NCBI RefSeq assembly: GCF_006345805.1
Contig: NW_021828439.1
Coordinates: forward strand, 1-8,473
Direction: 5' to 3'
DNA length: 8,473 bases
Source of the DNA: Octopus sinensis
Lineage: Eukaryota
Shown here: positions 7,455 to 8,473 of the stretch, piece by piece
Position numbering within the stretch: the stretch's first letter is position 1
How the letters are laid out: the number at the start of each line of letters is the position of its first letter
Translations under genes and position numbers: made by a program
Notes under the pieces: generated by a model
Told to the model about the DNA's origin: nothing
Databases searched by the model: none
Seen by the model: the letters and a program-made list of their open reading frames with translations, nothing else

Positions 7455-7739
7455 AGAGTTAATTTAATAGGATTTTTAAAAGAGTTATTTAAATCTTAAA
7501 GTTTTAAGTAACATGAGAAATATAAGAATTTAAAAAATTCGAATGCTGTATCAGAATATACTGATCCGGCGAATGATACCATTTGAAATATATCGAGTAT
7601 ATGATCTCTGATTTTGAGATTTGATCTCACTTTCTTGGCTTTATATTCCTGATGCTCTATCAGAGCGCTAATTAGTTGTGCTGTACAAGGGGATAATTAT
7701 CCTATTTATCTCCATTGTGTGTGTATATATATATATATC

Positions 7740-7906
7740 GATACTGGTGTGTTTACCCCCGTAACTTAGCGGTTCGGCATATGACATCAATAAAATAAGT
7801 ACAAGCCTTACAAAGAGAAAAGTCCATGGGTCGATTTGCATGATTACACGCAGTGCTACAGCATTGTCGCAGTCAGGTGACTGAAACAAATAACAGTAAA
7901 AGAGTA
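7740..7906 (+). mobile_element. SINE 3' part (LINE-derived tail)
   Basis: CGATACTGGTGTGTTTAC-CCCCGTAACTTAGCGGTTCGGC...GTGCTACAGCATTGTCGCAGTCAGGTGACTGAAACA followed by an A/G-rich tail. The tail aligns with the LINE 3' UTR in this window at 23 of 36 positions, ungapped. Recalled as the 3' half of an abundant octopus SINE. Confidence 0.7.
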
Positions 7907-7935
7907 ATATATTTATATATATACATACACACATA

Positions 7936-7980
<45 letters not shown>

Positions 7981-8234
7981 ATATATATATGTATATGTTA
8001 TATATATATATATCTGTGTGTGTATATATATATGCGCATGTATGTATGTATTTATACATGCATGTAATAATGTATGTATCTGTCTATCTGTCTATCTATC
8101 TATCTGTCTGTCTGTCTATCTATTAATATATCTATCTATCTATCTTTCCATCTATCTGTCAGTCTGTTCCTCTCCTCGCCTATCTATCTTTATATACTTT
8201 TCTCTCCCTCTCACTCATCTCACTCTCTCTCTCA

Positions 8235-8266
<32 letters not shown>

Positions 8267-8270
8267 GCGT
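7907..8270. repeat. Compound microsatellite block: (TA)n, (TATG)n, (TATC/TGTC)n, (CT)n
   Basis: Direct inspection; source of the 150-aa and 107-aa pseudo-ORFs. Confidence 0.93.
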
Positions 8271-8473
8271 CTGTGTGTATTTCACATCACTTTTGTTCCC
8301 AATGAATTATATCCCCCATCACCCATCACCTATCACCAACAACATTATTGCTATCACAATCATCAACACCATTACCTCACCTACCCGCCCGCCATAATTT
8401 TCTTGCTGCCCTCAGCCCAACCATTAACCTAATACTACGTGTCAGAATGCTAGTGCATTCAAATACATGTGCA

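Noticed and set aside
7555-7605. CTGATCC ... GAAA-TATA-TC hammerhead-like string
   Set aside because: The core lacks G8 and A9 and the stems are not properly placed.
7668-8397. ORFs of 88, 150 and 107 aa
   Set aside because: They run through TA, TATC and CT microsatellites and a SINE fragment.

Overview
AT-rich, microsatellite-dense, non-coding eukaryotic DNA. The repeat types resemble octopus/cephalopod genomes; this is recalled similarity, not a database result. No intact gene is supported and most ORF-track entries are microsatellite artefacts. The window is a mosaic of mobile elements sitting in (AAT)n/(TA)n tracts: a MITE with ~182-bp TIRs, AT duplication and a telomere-repeat/G-quadruplex core (1728-2226); three SINE fragments; a deleted Tc1/mariner remnant (5149-5727); and a 5'-truncated LINE 3' end (6529-6885, minus). 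The main signal is four hammerhead-ribozyme-like motifs from three unrelated repeat families. The best is a ~520-bp MITE-like fold-back element (5802-6318) whose ~195-bp inverted arms each encode a complete canonical type-I hammerhead, one per strand, facing outward. A second motif (4055-4105, minus) has the rare compensatory G3-C8 core, and a third (2472-2513) has a damaged core.
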